In this document: positions 24,610 through 32,911 of the stretch, in pieces | Position numbering within the stretch: position 1 is the first letter of the stretch | Layout: each line of letters starts with the position of its first letter | Source: Rhizomicrobium sp. | Lineage (GTDB): Bacteria; Pseudomonadota; Alphaproteobacteria; Micropepsales; Micropepsaceae | Reading direction: 5' to 3' | Assembly: GCA_035536115.1 (NCBI GenBank) | Contig: DATLOU010000014.1 | Coordinates: 2,937-66,936, forward strand | DNA: 64,000 nucleotides | Translations under genes and position numbers: made by a program | Notes under the pieces: model-generated | What the model was told of the DNA's origin: nothing | Databases searched by the model: none | What the model saw: only the letters and a program-made list of their open reading frames with translations

Positions 24610-26691
24610 ATGTCGGCCATTAACCAGGTTACCGATTTCTCACGCGACGGAGAGATCGGCGTCATCACATTGAACTCGCCGCCGGTGAATGCGCTCTCCT
24701 TCAACGTGCGCGACGGCTTGTTCGAGGGTTTCAAGGCAGCCATCGCCGATCCCGCGATAAAGGCGATCGTCCTGATCTGCGAAGGCCGCACCTTCATCGC
24801 GGGCGCCGACATCTCCGAATTCGGCGGCGCGCAGAAAGGCGCCTCGCTCTTCGACGTTCAGAAGATGATGGAGGATTCTCCCAAGCCCGTGGTCGCGGCG
24901 ATCCACGGCACCGCTCTTGGCGGCGGGCTCGAAGTCGCGCTTTGCGCGCATTATCGCGTCGCCGTACCGAGCGCGCGCTGCGGTCTTCCGGAGGTCAATC
25001 TCGGTCTCTTGCCGGGCGCCGGCGGCACGCAGCGTTTGCCGCGCATCGCGGGCGTCGAAAAGGCGCTCGAGATGATGACGAGCGGCCAGCATGTGCCGGC
25101 CAAGGAATGTCTTGCCATGGGTCTCCTCGACGAACTCGCCGAGGAAGGCAAGCTCCGGGAAACCGCCGTCGCTTATGCGCGCAAGATCCTCGCGGAAAAC
25201 AAGCCGCTCAAGAAAGTGCGCGAGAACAATACGAAGCTCGAGGCGGCCAAGGGTCATCCGGAAATCTTTGCGAACTTCCGAAAAGCCAATGCACGCAAGT
25301 TCCGCGGTTTCAAGGCGCCCGAGGCGAACATCCAATGCATCGAAGCGGCGGTGAACCAAAGCTTCGAGGACGGCCTCAAGACCGAACGCAGGCTGTTCAT
25401 GGAATTGATGACGGGTGCGCAATCGGCGGCGCAACGCTACTACTTCTTCGCCGAGCGGCTGGCGAACAAGATTCCCGACGTGCCGGACGATACCAAGCTC
25501 ATTCCCGTCAAGAAAGTCGGCATCATCGGCGGCGGCACGATGGGCGGCGGCATCGCGATGAACTTCGCCAATGCCGGAATTCCCGTGACCATTGTCGAGG
25601 TGAAGCAGGACGCGCTCGACCGCGGACTGAAGGTCGTGCGCGGCAACTACGAGCGCAGCGCCAAGTCAGGCCGTTTCCCGATGTCGGAAGTCGATCGCCG
25701 CATGGGACTGATCGGCGGTTCCTTGAACCTCGAAGAGCTCAAGGACGTCGACCTTGTCATCGAGGCGGTATTCGAGCGCATGGACGTCAAGAAGGAGATC
25801 TTCACCAAGCTCGACGCCATCTGCAAACCAGGCGCGATCCTTGCGACCAACACATCGGGTCTCAACATCGACGAGATCGCGTCTGTGACCAAGCGGCCAG
25901 AATATGTCATCGGCCTGCACTTCTTCTCGCCTGCCAATGTGATGAAGCTGCTCGAGATCGTGCGTGCCGATCACACCTCCAAGGAAGTCATCGCCACCTG
26001 CATGAAGCTCGCCAAGACCATCGGCAAGATCGCCGTCCTGGTCGGCGTCTGCCCAGGCTTCGTCGGCAACCGCATGCTGGCGCAGCGCGGCCGCGAGGCC
26101 CAGAAGATGGTGCTCGAGGGTGCGATGCCATGGGATGTGGATCGCGTGCTCTACGATTTCGGATTTCCCATGGGCCCGTTCGCGATGAGCGATCTCGCCG
26201 GCCTCGACATCGGTTGGGTGAAGGAGAAATCGCACGGCGAGACAATCCGCGATGTCTTGTGCGAGGCGGATCGCCGCGGCCAGAAGACCGGCGCCGGCTA
26301 TTACGACTATGACGAGAACCGGACGGCGAAACCATCGCCCGTCACCGAGAGGATCATCCACGACTTCGTTTCGAAGTCGGGCAAGAACCCCCGCAAGATC
26401 GGCGACGAGGAAATCCTCGAACGCTGCATCTACCCGATGATCAACGAGGGCGCGAAGATCCTCGACGAGAAGAAGGCGATCCGGCCGTCCGATGTCGATG
26501 TGGTGTGGGTGAACGGCTATGGCTGGCCGGTCTATCGCGGCGGCCCCATGCACTACGGCGACGCCATCGGCCTCGACAAGGTGCTGGCGAAGATGAAGGA
26601 GTTCCAACGGACGATGGGCGACGCCTTCAAGCCCGCGCCGTTGCTTGAAAAGCTCGTCGCGGAGGGCAAGAAGTTCGCCGATATGCGCTAG
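24610..26691 (+). CDS. bifunctional enoyl-CoA hydratase / 3-hydroxyacyl-CoA dehydrogenase (FadB/FadJ-like)
   Basis: 693 aa with an N-terminal crotonase fold ([23 protein letters not shown]) and a central NAD-binding 3HCDH region ([14 protein letters not shown]). Confidence 0.9.
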   Translation: MSAINQVTDFSRDGEIGVITLNSPPVNALSFNVRDGLFEGFKAAIADPAIKAIVLICEGRTFIAGADISEFGGAQKGASLFDVQKMMEDSPKPVVAAIHGTALGGGLEVALCAHYRVAVPSARCGLPEVNLGLLPGAGGTQRLPRIAGVEKALEMMTSGQHVPAKECLAMGLLDELAEEGKLRETAVAYARKILAENKPLKKVRENNTKLEAAKGHPEIFANFRKANARKFRGFKAPEANIQCIEAAVNQSFEDGLKTERRLFMELMTGAQSAAQRYYFFAERLANKIPDVPDDTKLIPVKKVGIIGGGTMGGGIAMNFANAGIPVTIVEVKQDALDRGLKVVRGNYERSAKSGRFPMSEVDRRMGLIGGSLNLEELKDVDLVIEAVFERMDVKKEIFTKLDAICKPGAILATNTSGLNIDEIASVTKRPEYVIGLHFFSPANVMKLLEIVRADHTSKEVIATCMKLAKTIGKIAVLVGVCPGFVGNRMLAQRGREAQKMVLEGAMPWDVDRVLYDFGFPMGPFAMSDLAGLDIGWVKEKSHGETIRDVLCEADRRGQKTGAGYYDYDENRTAKPSPVTERIIHDFVSKSGKNPRKIGDEEILERCIYPMINEGAKILDEKKAIRPSDVDVVWVNGYGWPVYRGGPMHYGDAIGLDKVLAKMKEFQRTMGDAFKPAPLLEKLVAEGKKFADMR

Positions 26692-26936
26692 GTGACCGAG
26701 TAGAAGTGGCACCAGCCCTGGGTGCTGATCTCGCCTTGGACGAGGTGACACGCATTCGGCGCGGCGAAGTGTTTGCATAGCTCGCAACGCTGATTGGCGC
26801 TGGGCTTGTCCTGATAACCGGCTTGCGTCTTCGTCAAGGTCGCAGATGCGCTCGACGACTGGCCTGCGAGAGCAAATGCGCCTGCCGTCGTGCCGGCGAA
26901 CAGCGATCGCTTCAGGAAGCTGCGGCGGGAGAACAT
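26688..26936 (-). CDS. high-potential iron-sulfur protein (HiPIP) with Tat signal
   Basis: 82 aa from the ATG at 26936. It has a twin-arginine signal, MFSRRSFLKRSLFAGTTAGAFALA. The mature part AGYQDKPSANQRCELCKHFAAPNACHLVQGEISTQGWCHFY has the spacing C-x2-C-x8-C-x12-C, including the GWC signature. Confidence 0.85.
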   Translation of the reverse strand: MFSRRSFLKRSLFAGTTAGAFALAGQSSSASATLTKTQAGYQDKPSANQRCELCKHFAAPNACHLVQGEISTQGWCHFYSVT

Positions 26937-28282
26937 CAGAAGGCCGTCCATATGAAGAGCCTGAGCGCGTCGTTGTCGCCCGCGTTGGTGCCCAATCCGT
27001 CGAAGTTCCTGCCTGCTCCGTTGAACTTTGTGTAGGCGGAGTATTGCAGGCCCACCCGCACATTGACCCATGGCCCGTAGGGCGAGGCGTCAGGCTTGCC
27101 GAACGGCGTGCCGTCGATCTGGAAGAGGAATCCCGAGCTGTCGGGCTTCTCGGTTCGGTTCGCGACATAGAGCAGAGCGTCGCGGCTACCCCAGGTATCG
27201 AAGTGCTGCACCGTCACGCCGATCGTGTTCTGCCAATAGTAGGACGCGTTCAGGACGATCTCGTTCAGATCGTCGCTGTGATTGCTGGCACCCCCCAAAA
27301 GCTCAGTCGCATCGAACGTCTCGTTCTCATGCGTGTAGCGCGCGTTCAGCGTGGCAATATGCTCGCCGGTGCCGAGAAACTGGTACGACGCGTCGATGCC
27401 GACATCGGTGAAATGATCGGAATGACCCGTGGTCTGATCGCGTCCGGGGAAAATATCGCCCAGGAAACTGAAAGCTCCGACTTCGAAATTCTGCGGGCCG
27501 TAGTCCTTTTGATAGGCGACCCGAAGATAGGGCGCGGCACCGTCGATGAGGTTCGTACCGTCGGCGCCCACGCCCACGGCGCGCAGAATTCCCTTCGAGA
27601 GCGACGTGTAGAAACCGGCTTCGGTATAGAGATCGGAATCCCACCAGGCGTAAGCGCTCGTACCGAAGACGTTGCCGTTGAACGAGCCATCGAGGACCGG
27701 TTGGGCGCTCGGCGTCGGGGCAAGTGCGCTGTCGGTGAAGGGAAAACTCCACACCGGCAAAGTCGCCCATGCATCCTGCACGGTTGGCGCGTTGTTGACC
27801 GACAGTCCAAGGATGACGTCGCTTCCCATGATGGTTTCGCGATCGACGGCACGGATATCGGAATTGTCCAGGCCCACCGAACGGCCGATGCCGTCATAGG
27901 TGATCTCGACGAAGCTTCCCAGATGATCGCCATAGCCGCCGGCGACGAGAAGCGCGATCTCGTCGATCGTGGCATTGTCGTTCACGCCGTAGTGCGGCGC
28001 AGGCGGCGCAGGTTGATCCTTCGCGGTGTGGAGGAAAGAGGCAATGGCGATGAGCGCCAGCGGCGGCGTGTATTGCACGGCGCGCAAGGTGTAGCCGCCG
28101 AGCTTGAACTGCCGTCCGAACGGAGTGAGTTGCGGACCGAAGGCGCCGATGTGGCAGGTGGAACAAGGCTGACCCGTCTGTAACGCGAATGCCGGCAGTG
28201 CTTGGGCTTGCTGAAGCGGCACACCGGCGATTGCAACGGCGGCGAATAGAGTCCAGCACAACCTTCTGAGCATGAGCGACAC
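26936..28282 (-). CDS. Cyc2-like fused monohaem cytochrome c / outer-membrane porin (candidate)
   Basis: Signal peptide ...IAGVPLQQAQA. A single CSTCH motif lies at residues 40-44 (nt 28151-28165); no Cys occurs outside the CSTCH motif except one (C9) in the signal peptide. The roughly 400-aa remainder is Cys-free with beta-barrel-like composition and ends ...RLFIWTAF. Its stop shares 1 nt with the HiPIP start. Confidence 0.6.
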   Translation of the reverse strand: MSLMLRRLCWTLFAAVAIAGVPLQQAQALPAFALQTGQPCSTCHIGAFGPQLTPFGRQFKLGGYTLRAVQYTPPLALIAIASFLHTAKDQPAPPAPHYGVNDNATIDEIALLVAGGYGDHLGSFVEITYDGIGRSVGLDNSDIRAVDRETIMGSDVILGLSVNNAPTVQDAWATLPVWSFPFTDSALAPTPSAQPVLDGSFNGNVFGTSAYAWWDSDLYTEAGFYTSLSKGILRAVGVGADGTNLIDGAAPYLRVAYQKDYGPQNFEVGAFSFLGDIFPGRDQTTGHSDHFTDVGIDASYQFLGTGEHIATLNARYTHENETFDATELLGGASNHSDDLNEIVLNASYYWQNTIGVTVQHFDTWGSRDALLYVANRTEKPDSSGFLFQIDGTPFGKPDASPYGPWVNVRVGLQYSAYTKFNGAGRNFDGLGTNAGDNDALRLFIWTAF

Positions 28283-28648
28283 TCCCTCTCTGTGCCGCGC
28301 CGGCGAGTCAACGCGCGGCCGCGCGCAGTGCGCGACCGGAGGAGTCGACTCTTCCGCTGAACGACTTTTTTTCTACTTCATGCAACGTCGATTTATTCGT
28401 TGGGCGATGGGTGTTTTTGATTTACTTGGCTATCGCGCATCACGAATGTGTCCGCCCGCGACGCTGGGAATGTTCGGCACCCGCGCTACCGACCGAATTC
28501 GACATCCCGAACGGCGGGTTTGGCTAACGGGAGCCCTCTCCCTAAGCCATTGATGACAGCGAATTTGTGTAAACCGCATTTACAGGTATAAGCATTTGTT
28601 AACACGCGGTAATCTGGAAAATGGCCCAATCCCTTGCGTGGCGGACGC

Positions 28649-28663
28649 TGGCACGGTCCTTGC
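28649..28663 (+). promoter_or_regulatory. sigma-54 (-24/-12) promoter
   Basis: cTGGCACGgtccTTGCg matches TGGCAC-N5-TTGC exactly. It lies 83 nt upstream of the GTG start at 28746. Confidence 0.5.
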
Positions 28664-28745
28664 GTATATTTTGGGGACACAGCGTAAAAACGCTGGGGTT
28701 ACGGCTTTTTTTGCCCCAGGCTGCGCGACATAGGAGATAGATTAC

Positions 28746-29507
28746 GTGAGAGCTTACATCCCGAGTTTGATCATCGCGGCCGGCATCGCCGCCTTGGCGC
28801 TCGTCGCGCCCGTTTCTGCGTCGGCGACGCCGCTGCACGGCTATTGCGTGGGTACGGCATGCCCCGACAACGGCACCAATTCGCCGACTGCGCTCAACCC
28901 GCCCGTTTTCGCGTTCTCGACCTCTGGTCAGGCCGCAACCGGTGACTTCCTCGTCGGCATTCTCGTTCCGAACGACGATCCGACGCCGGCAAGTTTCACC
29001 ATCCTGGATCACAACAACAATGCGATCACGTTTACCGCCACTCCTCTGAGCACGACCACGGCTTGGACGTCCGGCGAACTCGGCGCCTATATGGTCGCGC
29101 AAGGCTCCACCAACATTACGGGCGGCAGTGGCCATACGATCGGCGCATATCTGCCGGCGACGCAGGCTCTGGATCCTTCGGCAACAGGCTTCTGGGTGTA
29201 TGTGGCCGATCTCGGTACGCAGACGCTTCAGAGCCAGGCCGACGTCTTCAACGGCCTCGAGTTGGAACTCAACGGTCAGATGCCGCTCGGCGGCTATCTC
29301 CTGGGCTTCCTGCAAACTTGCACCGAGACCCGTCATGGACTCAGCTGCTCGTACAGCATGAACGCGAACAGCGGCGCGATCCTGGAAACCAATCCGAATT
29401 GCCCCGACTGCCACACCGAAAACGTCCCGGAACCGCTGACGCTCTCCCTCTTCGGCGTTGGATTGGCGGGTGGATTTGCGATGCGCCGTCGGCGCAAGGC
29501 CGCATAG
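28746..29507 (+). CDS. PEP-CTERM-anchored secreted protein
   Basis: Signal peptide MRAYIPSLIIAAGIAALALVAPVSASA (GTG start). The C-terminal sorting signal is VPEPLTLSLFGVGLAGGFAMRRRRKAA (PEP motif, TM helix, Arg cluster). Confidence 0.8.
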   Translation: MRAYIPSLIIAAGIAALALVAPVSASATPLHGYCVGTACPDNGTNSPTALNPPVFAFSTSGQAATGDFLVGILVPNDDPTPASFTILDHNNNAITFTATPLSTTTAWTSGELGAYMVAQGSTNITGGSGHTIGAYLPATQALDPSATGFWVYVADLGTQTLQSQADVFNGLELELNGQMPLGGYLLGFLQTCTETRHGLSCSYSMNANSGAILETNPNCPDCHTENVPEPLTLSLFGVGLAGGFAMRRRRKAA

Positions 29508-29533
29508 CCAAACTTGAGCACCGCTTAACTCAA

Positions 29534-29558
29534 GGGCCGTCGCGAGACGGCCCTTTTT
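29534..29558 (+). terminator. intrinsic terminator
   Basis: gggccgtc-gcga-gacggccc is followed by ttttt, 27 nt after the stop of the PEP-CTERM gene. Confidence 0.65.
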
Positions 29559-29569
29559 GTTTGTCCGCG

Positions 29570-30427
29570 CTAGTAGAGAATCGAGGGCAAGTATGCGCCT
29601 GAGGGCTCGTTATAGAGTCCCATGCTCATCAGTGTGAGCGGTTGGGTCACACGCAACCCCTGAGCGAGACACCAGCGCAGCAGCGGGCCGTTGCGCGAGG
29701 GAACCAGGAAACCTGGACCGGCGAATGTTTTCGCCGAGGCAATCAGAGCCTTCAGGTCGTCTGTCGTTTCGCACACCGAATGGCCGAAGAACGCAATGCC
29801 GGTCGTGTAGCCGGCGATGCGCCCGCCACGCTCGACCACGCTAGCCGCGTTTCTGGCGATGGCGTCGCGCACTTCGCCATCACGGCCTGCACCATGGACG
29901 CTCTGGCAAAGCGCATTACATGCCGCGATGTCGTCCGTCGTCGCCGTGCGCACGGAATGGCCATCCATTTTTTGCTCGATCGCGGGACCCTGCAGGCACG
30001 ACAGGTGCTCGCGCACGTCGAATCCCAATTTGGAATAAAGCGAAAGAGAGCGGGTGTGATAGCCCGCCTGGACCAGGCGAATTCCCGCGAAACCTTTCTC
30101 CTGCGAGCGTGTCATGACGGCATGCATCAAGGCGCCCCCAATGCCCTTGTTCTGGACATCGGGATCAACGGTGATCGGACCGACGCCCGAGATCGAATTT
30201 CGTTCGTCGAGGAAATTGCTGCCGACGATTTTACCGCCGTCTTCGGCGACGACGGCGAAGGACTGTGCATTTCCAAGCATGCTGCGGACCACGCCGGTCG
30301 CGACTTCCGCGCTCGGAAAATCAGGCTGAAAATTGTGCGCGTTTGCGATGGAAGCGAATGCCGCGTGGCAAATGCGTCCGCATTCCATCGCGTCGTCCGG
30401 ATGACCCCGTCGAATGGTCACAGTCAT
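29570..30427 (-). CDS. two-domain GNAT-family N-acetyltransferase
   Basis: MTVTIRRGHPDDAMECGRI..., then VDPDVQNKGIGGALM (acetyl-CoA-binding Q/RxxGxG/A motif) and a second GNAT-like half. ATG at 30427 is preferred. Confidence 0.7.
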   Translation of the reverse strand: MTVTIRRGHPDDAMECGRICHAAFASIANAHNFQPDFPSAEVATGVVRSMLGNAQSFAVVAEDGGKIVGSNFLDERNSISGVGPITVDPDVQNKGIGGALMHAVMTRSQEKGFAGIRLVQAGYHTRSLSLYSKLGFDVREHLSCLQGPAIEQKMDGHSVRTATTDDIAACNALCQSVHGAGRDGEVRDAIARNAASVVERGGRIAGYTTGIAFFGHSVCETTDDLKALIASAKTFAGPGFLVPSRNGPLLRWCLAQGLRVTQPLTLMSMGLYNEPSGAYLPSILY

Positions 30428-30543
30428 CGCCTGCTCCTCCCGCCCAATTTGCCGACAGAGCCTAACCAGCAGCCCAATTTGCTTGCAACATCGGCGCCGG
30501 CGCGCGACACAGTCACTACCTGCCAACCAACGGGAAGTCGCTC

Positions 30544-31341
30544 GTGACCCTCGCCAAAATCGCCGATCTCGACGTCTATTTCGAACGCGCCGGCGAAGGA
30601 TTGCGGCTGCTCTTCATTTCCGGCTCGGGCGCCGATCTGCGCGCGAAGCCCAACCAGATGGACGGACCGTTGCCCAGGCATTTCGACGTTCTGAGCTATG
30701 ACCAGCGCGGCCTCGGCCAGACCTCGAAGCCGGATCAGCCCTACACGATGGCGGACTATGCCGACGATGCGGCGCGGCTGATGGATTTCGTCGGCTGGAA
30801 GAGCGCGCGCGTGATCGGCGTCTCGTTCGGCGGCATGGTGGCGCAGGAGTTCGTTCTGCGGCATCCCGCGAAAGTCGAACGCTTGGTGCTGGCCTGCACC
30901 TCGCCGGGCGGTGCGGGTGGTGCCTCCTATCCGTTCCACACAATCGAGCATATGGGGCGCGAGGAACGCGCGCGCTTCATGATCCCGGTCTCCGACACGC
31001 GCCGGGACTCCGAGTGGCAGAAGGCCAATCCGGAAATGTATGAGCAATTCGTGGCGATGGCAGCAAACGATCCGTTCGAGAATGAGCCGCTTCGCGCCAT
31101 GGGTTATCATCGCCAGCTTGAAGCGCGTTCGCATCACGACACCTATGATCGTCTCGGCGAAATCGCGTGTCCCGTGATGATCGCGGCGGGGCGCTATGAC
31201 GGCATCGCGCTCCCCGCCACGCAGGAAAAAATGGCGGCGCGGATCAAAGGTGCGAAGCTCACATTCTTCGAGGGCGGCCATCTCTTCATGCTTCAGGACC
31301 GCTCCGCCTTGCCCGCGATGATCGATTTCCTGAAAGGTTGA
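30544..31341 (+). CDS. alpha/beta-fold hydrolase
   Basis: Nucleophile elbow GVSFGGMVAQ (GxSxG), with the typical fold order and a C-terminal GGHLF motif. GTG start. Confidence 0.8.
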   Translation: MTLAKIADLDVYFERAGEGLRLLFISGSGADLRAKPNQMDGPLPRHFDVLSYDQRGLGQTSKPDQPYTMADYADDAARLMDFVGWKSARVIGVSFGGMVAQEFVLRHPAKVERLVLACTSPGGAGGASYPFHTIEHMGREERARFMIPVSDTRRDSEWQKANPEMYEQFVAMAANDPFENEPLRAMGYHRQLEARSHHDTYDRLGEIACPVMIAAGRYDGIALPATQEKMAARIKGAKLTFFEGGHLFMLQDRSALPAMIDFLKG

Positions 31342-31417
31342 CCGCGCTGGGTTTGACAGCGGATCGAAGCCCCGCAAGATAGAGGTCGAGAGCGCCTGAG
31401 ACGCTCGCTTCAGGGGA

Positions 31418-32908
31418 TTGTCGATCATGTCGCAGACGGGTTCTGCTCCCATCTCCATCGCCGCCGCACTCGCGCGGGTAGCCGAGGAAAAGCCGAACGC
31501 ACTCGCCGTCACCTGCGAAGACGTGACACTCTCCTGGCGCGAGCTGCACAGGCGCAGCAACCGCATGGCGCGCGGGATGGCGGCCAAAGGCGTGAAGCTC
31601 GGCGATTTCGTCACCATCGCGCTGCCCAATTCCACCCACTTCATCGAGGCGTGCTACGCGGTCTGGAAACTCGGAGCGGTGCCGCAACCGGTTTCATCGC
31701 GCCTTCCCCTCGCCGAACTCAACGCCATCGTCGAGTTGGCGAAGACGCCCATCGTGGTGAGCAACACGCCGTTCGACTGCACAAGGCCGGTGATCTCGGC
31801 GAACGAATTGCTCGACGCCTCACACGACGAAAGCGACTTGCCCGATGCGGTCTCGCCATCCTGGAAGGCGCCGACGTCGGGCGGCTCGACCGGACGGCCG
31901 AAGCTGATCGTGTCGGGCCAGCCCGGGTTGGTCGACGGACTGAACGCAGCCTTCTGGCGCATCCAGAAGGACGACGTCATGTTGATGCCGGGGCCGATGT
32001 ATCACAACGGCCCCTTCATCACCTCGTTCGGCGGGCTGCAGATCGGCGCGTCGCTGGTTCTGATGCCGAAATTCGACGCGGAAGCGACGTTGCGCGAAGT
32101 CGAACGTCATCGCGCGAGCTGGCTCTACCTCGTCCCGACGATGATGAGCCGCATCTGGCGGCTGCCAGAGGAAATGCGCGCCAAGTATGACGTGTCCTCG
32201 CTCAAGACGGTGTGGCATCTCGCGGCACCGTGTCCGCCTTGGCTGAAGGAGGAATGGATCAAATGGCTCGGCGCCGACGTGGTCTGGGAACTCTATGGCG
32301 GCACGGAAGGTCTCGCCTCCACCACCATCTCCGGTCATGAGTGGCTGAAGCATCGCGGCTCGGTCGGCCGCGTCGCGCTTGGCGGCATCATGAAGGCGTT
32401 TGCTCCCGACGGTACCGAACTTCCGACCGGAGAGACCGGCGAAATCTATATGAAACGCGAGCCGGGACTGCCCGCGAGCTACCGTTATCTCGGCGCGACG
32501 CCGCGCGTCATCAACGGCGATTGGGAATCGATCGGCGACATCGGCTGGTTCGACGAAGACGGCTACCTCTATCTCGCCGACCGCCGCACCGACATGATCC
32601 TGGTCGGCGGCGCCAACGTCTATCCCGCCGAAATCGAAGCCGCGCTTGAGGAACATCCACTGGTCGCGTCGAGCGCGGTGATCGGTTTGCCGGACGATGA
32701 TCTCGGCAACCGCATCCATGCGATCATTCAGCCCCGCGACGGGCTCGATGTCGAAGATCTGAAACTGCATCTGGCCGAACGGCTTGTCGTGTACAAGAGA
32801 CCGCGCAGTTTCGAACTCGTGAACGAGAATGTGCGCGACGATGCCGGAAAGGTGCGGCGAACCGCGCTGCGCGACGAACGCGTGGCGAAGATGAGAGCGG
32901 GAACCTAA
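31418..32908 (+). CDS. AMP-dependent acyl-CoA synthetase/ligase
   Basis: AMP-binding motif PTSGGSTGRPK, plus YGGTEG, GDIGWFDEDGYLYLADRRTDMI and a C-terminal ...GKVRR. Confidence 0.85.
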   Translation: MSIMSQTGSAPISIAAALARVAEEKPNALAVTCEDVTLSWRELHRRSNRMARGMAAKGVKLGDFVTIALPNSTHFIEACYAVWKLGAVPQPVSSRLPLAELNAIVELAKTPIVVSNTPFDCTRPVISANELLDASHDESDLPDAVSPSWKAPTSGGSTGRPKLIVSGQPGLVDGLNAAFWRIQKDDVMLMPGPMYHNGPFITSFGGLQIGASLVLMPKFDAEATLREVERHRASWLYLVPTMMSRIWRLPEEMRAKYDVSSLKTVWHLAAPCPPWLKEEWIKWLGADVVWELYGGTEGLASTTISGHEWLKHRGSVGRVALGGIMKAFAPDGTELPTGETGEIYMKREPGLPASYRYLGATPRVINGDWESIGDIGWFDEDGYLYLADRRTDMILVGGANVYPAEIEAALEEHPLVASSAVIGLPDDDLGNRIHAIIQPRDGLDVEDLKLHLAERLVVYKRPRSFELVNENVRDDAGKVRRTALRDERVAKMRAGT

Positions 32909-32911
32909 GAG

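Noticed and set aside
25666-28183. 500-aa minus-strand ORF (25666-27168) and 445-aa plus-strand ORF (26846-28183)
   Set aside because: The first is antisense to the fadB-like gene and out of frame with the HiPIP gene. The second is antisense to the Cyc2-like gene. Both translations are Arg-rich low complexity, whereas the chosen frames carry signal peptides and cofactor motifs.
28272-28680. Short ORFs (93 aa on the plus strand, 64 aa on the minus strand) in the spacer between the Cyc2-like gene and the PEP-CTERM gene
   Set aside because: They have no SD, no recognisable motif, and odd composition. The region is better explained as divergent promoter DNA containing the sigma-54 element.
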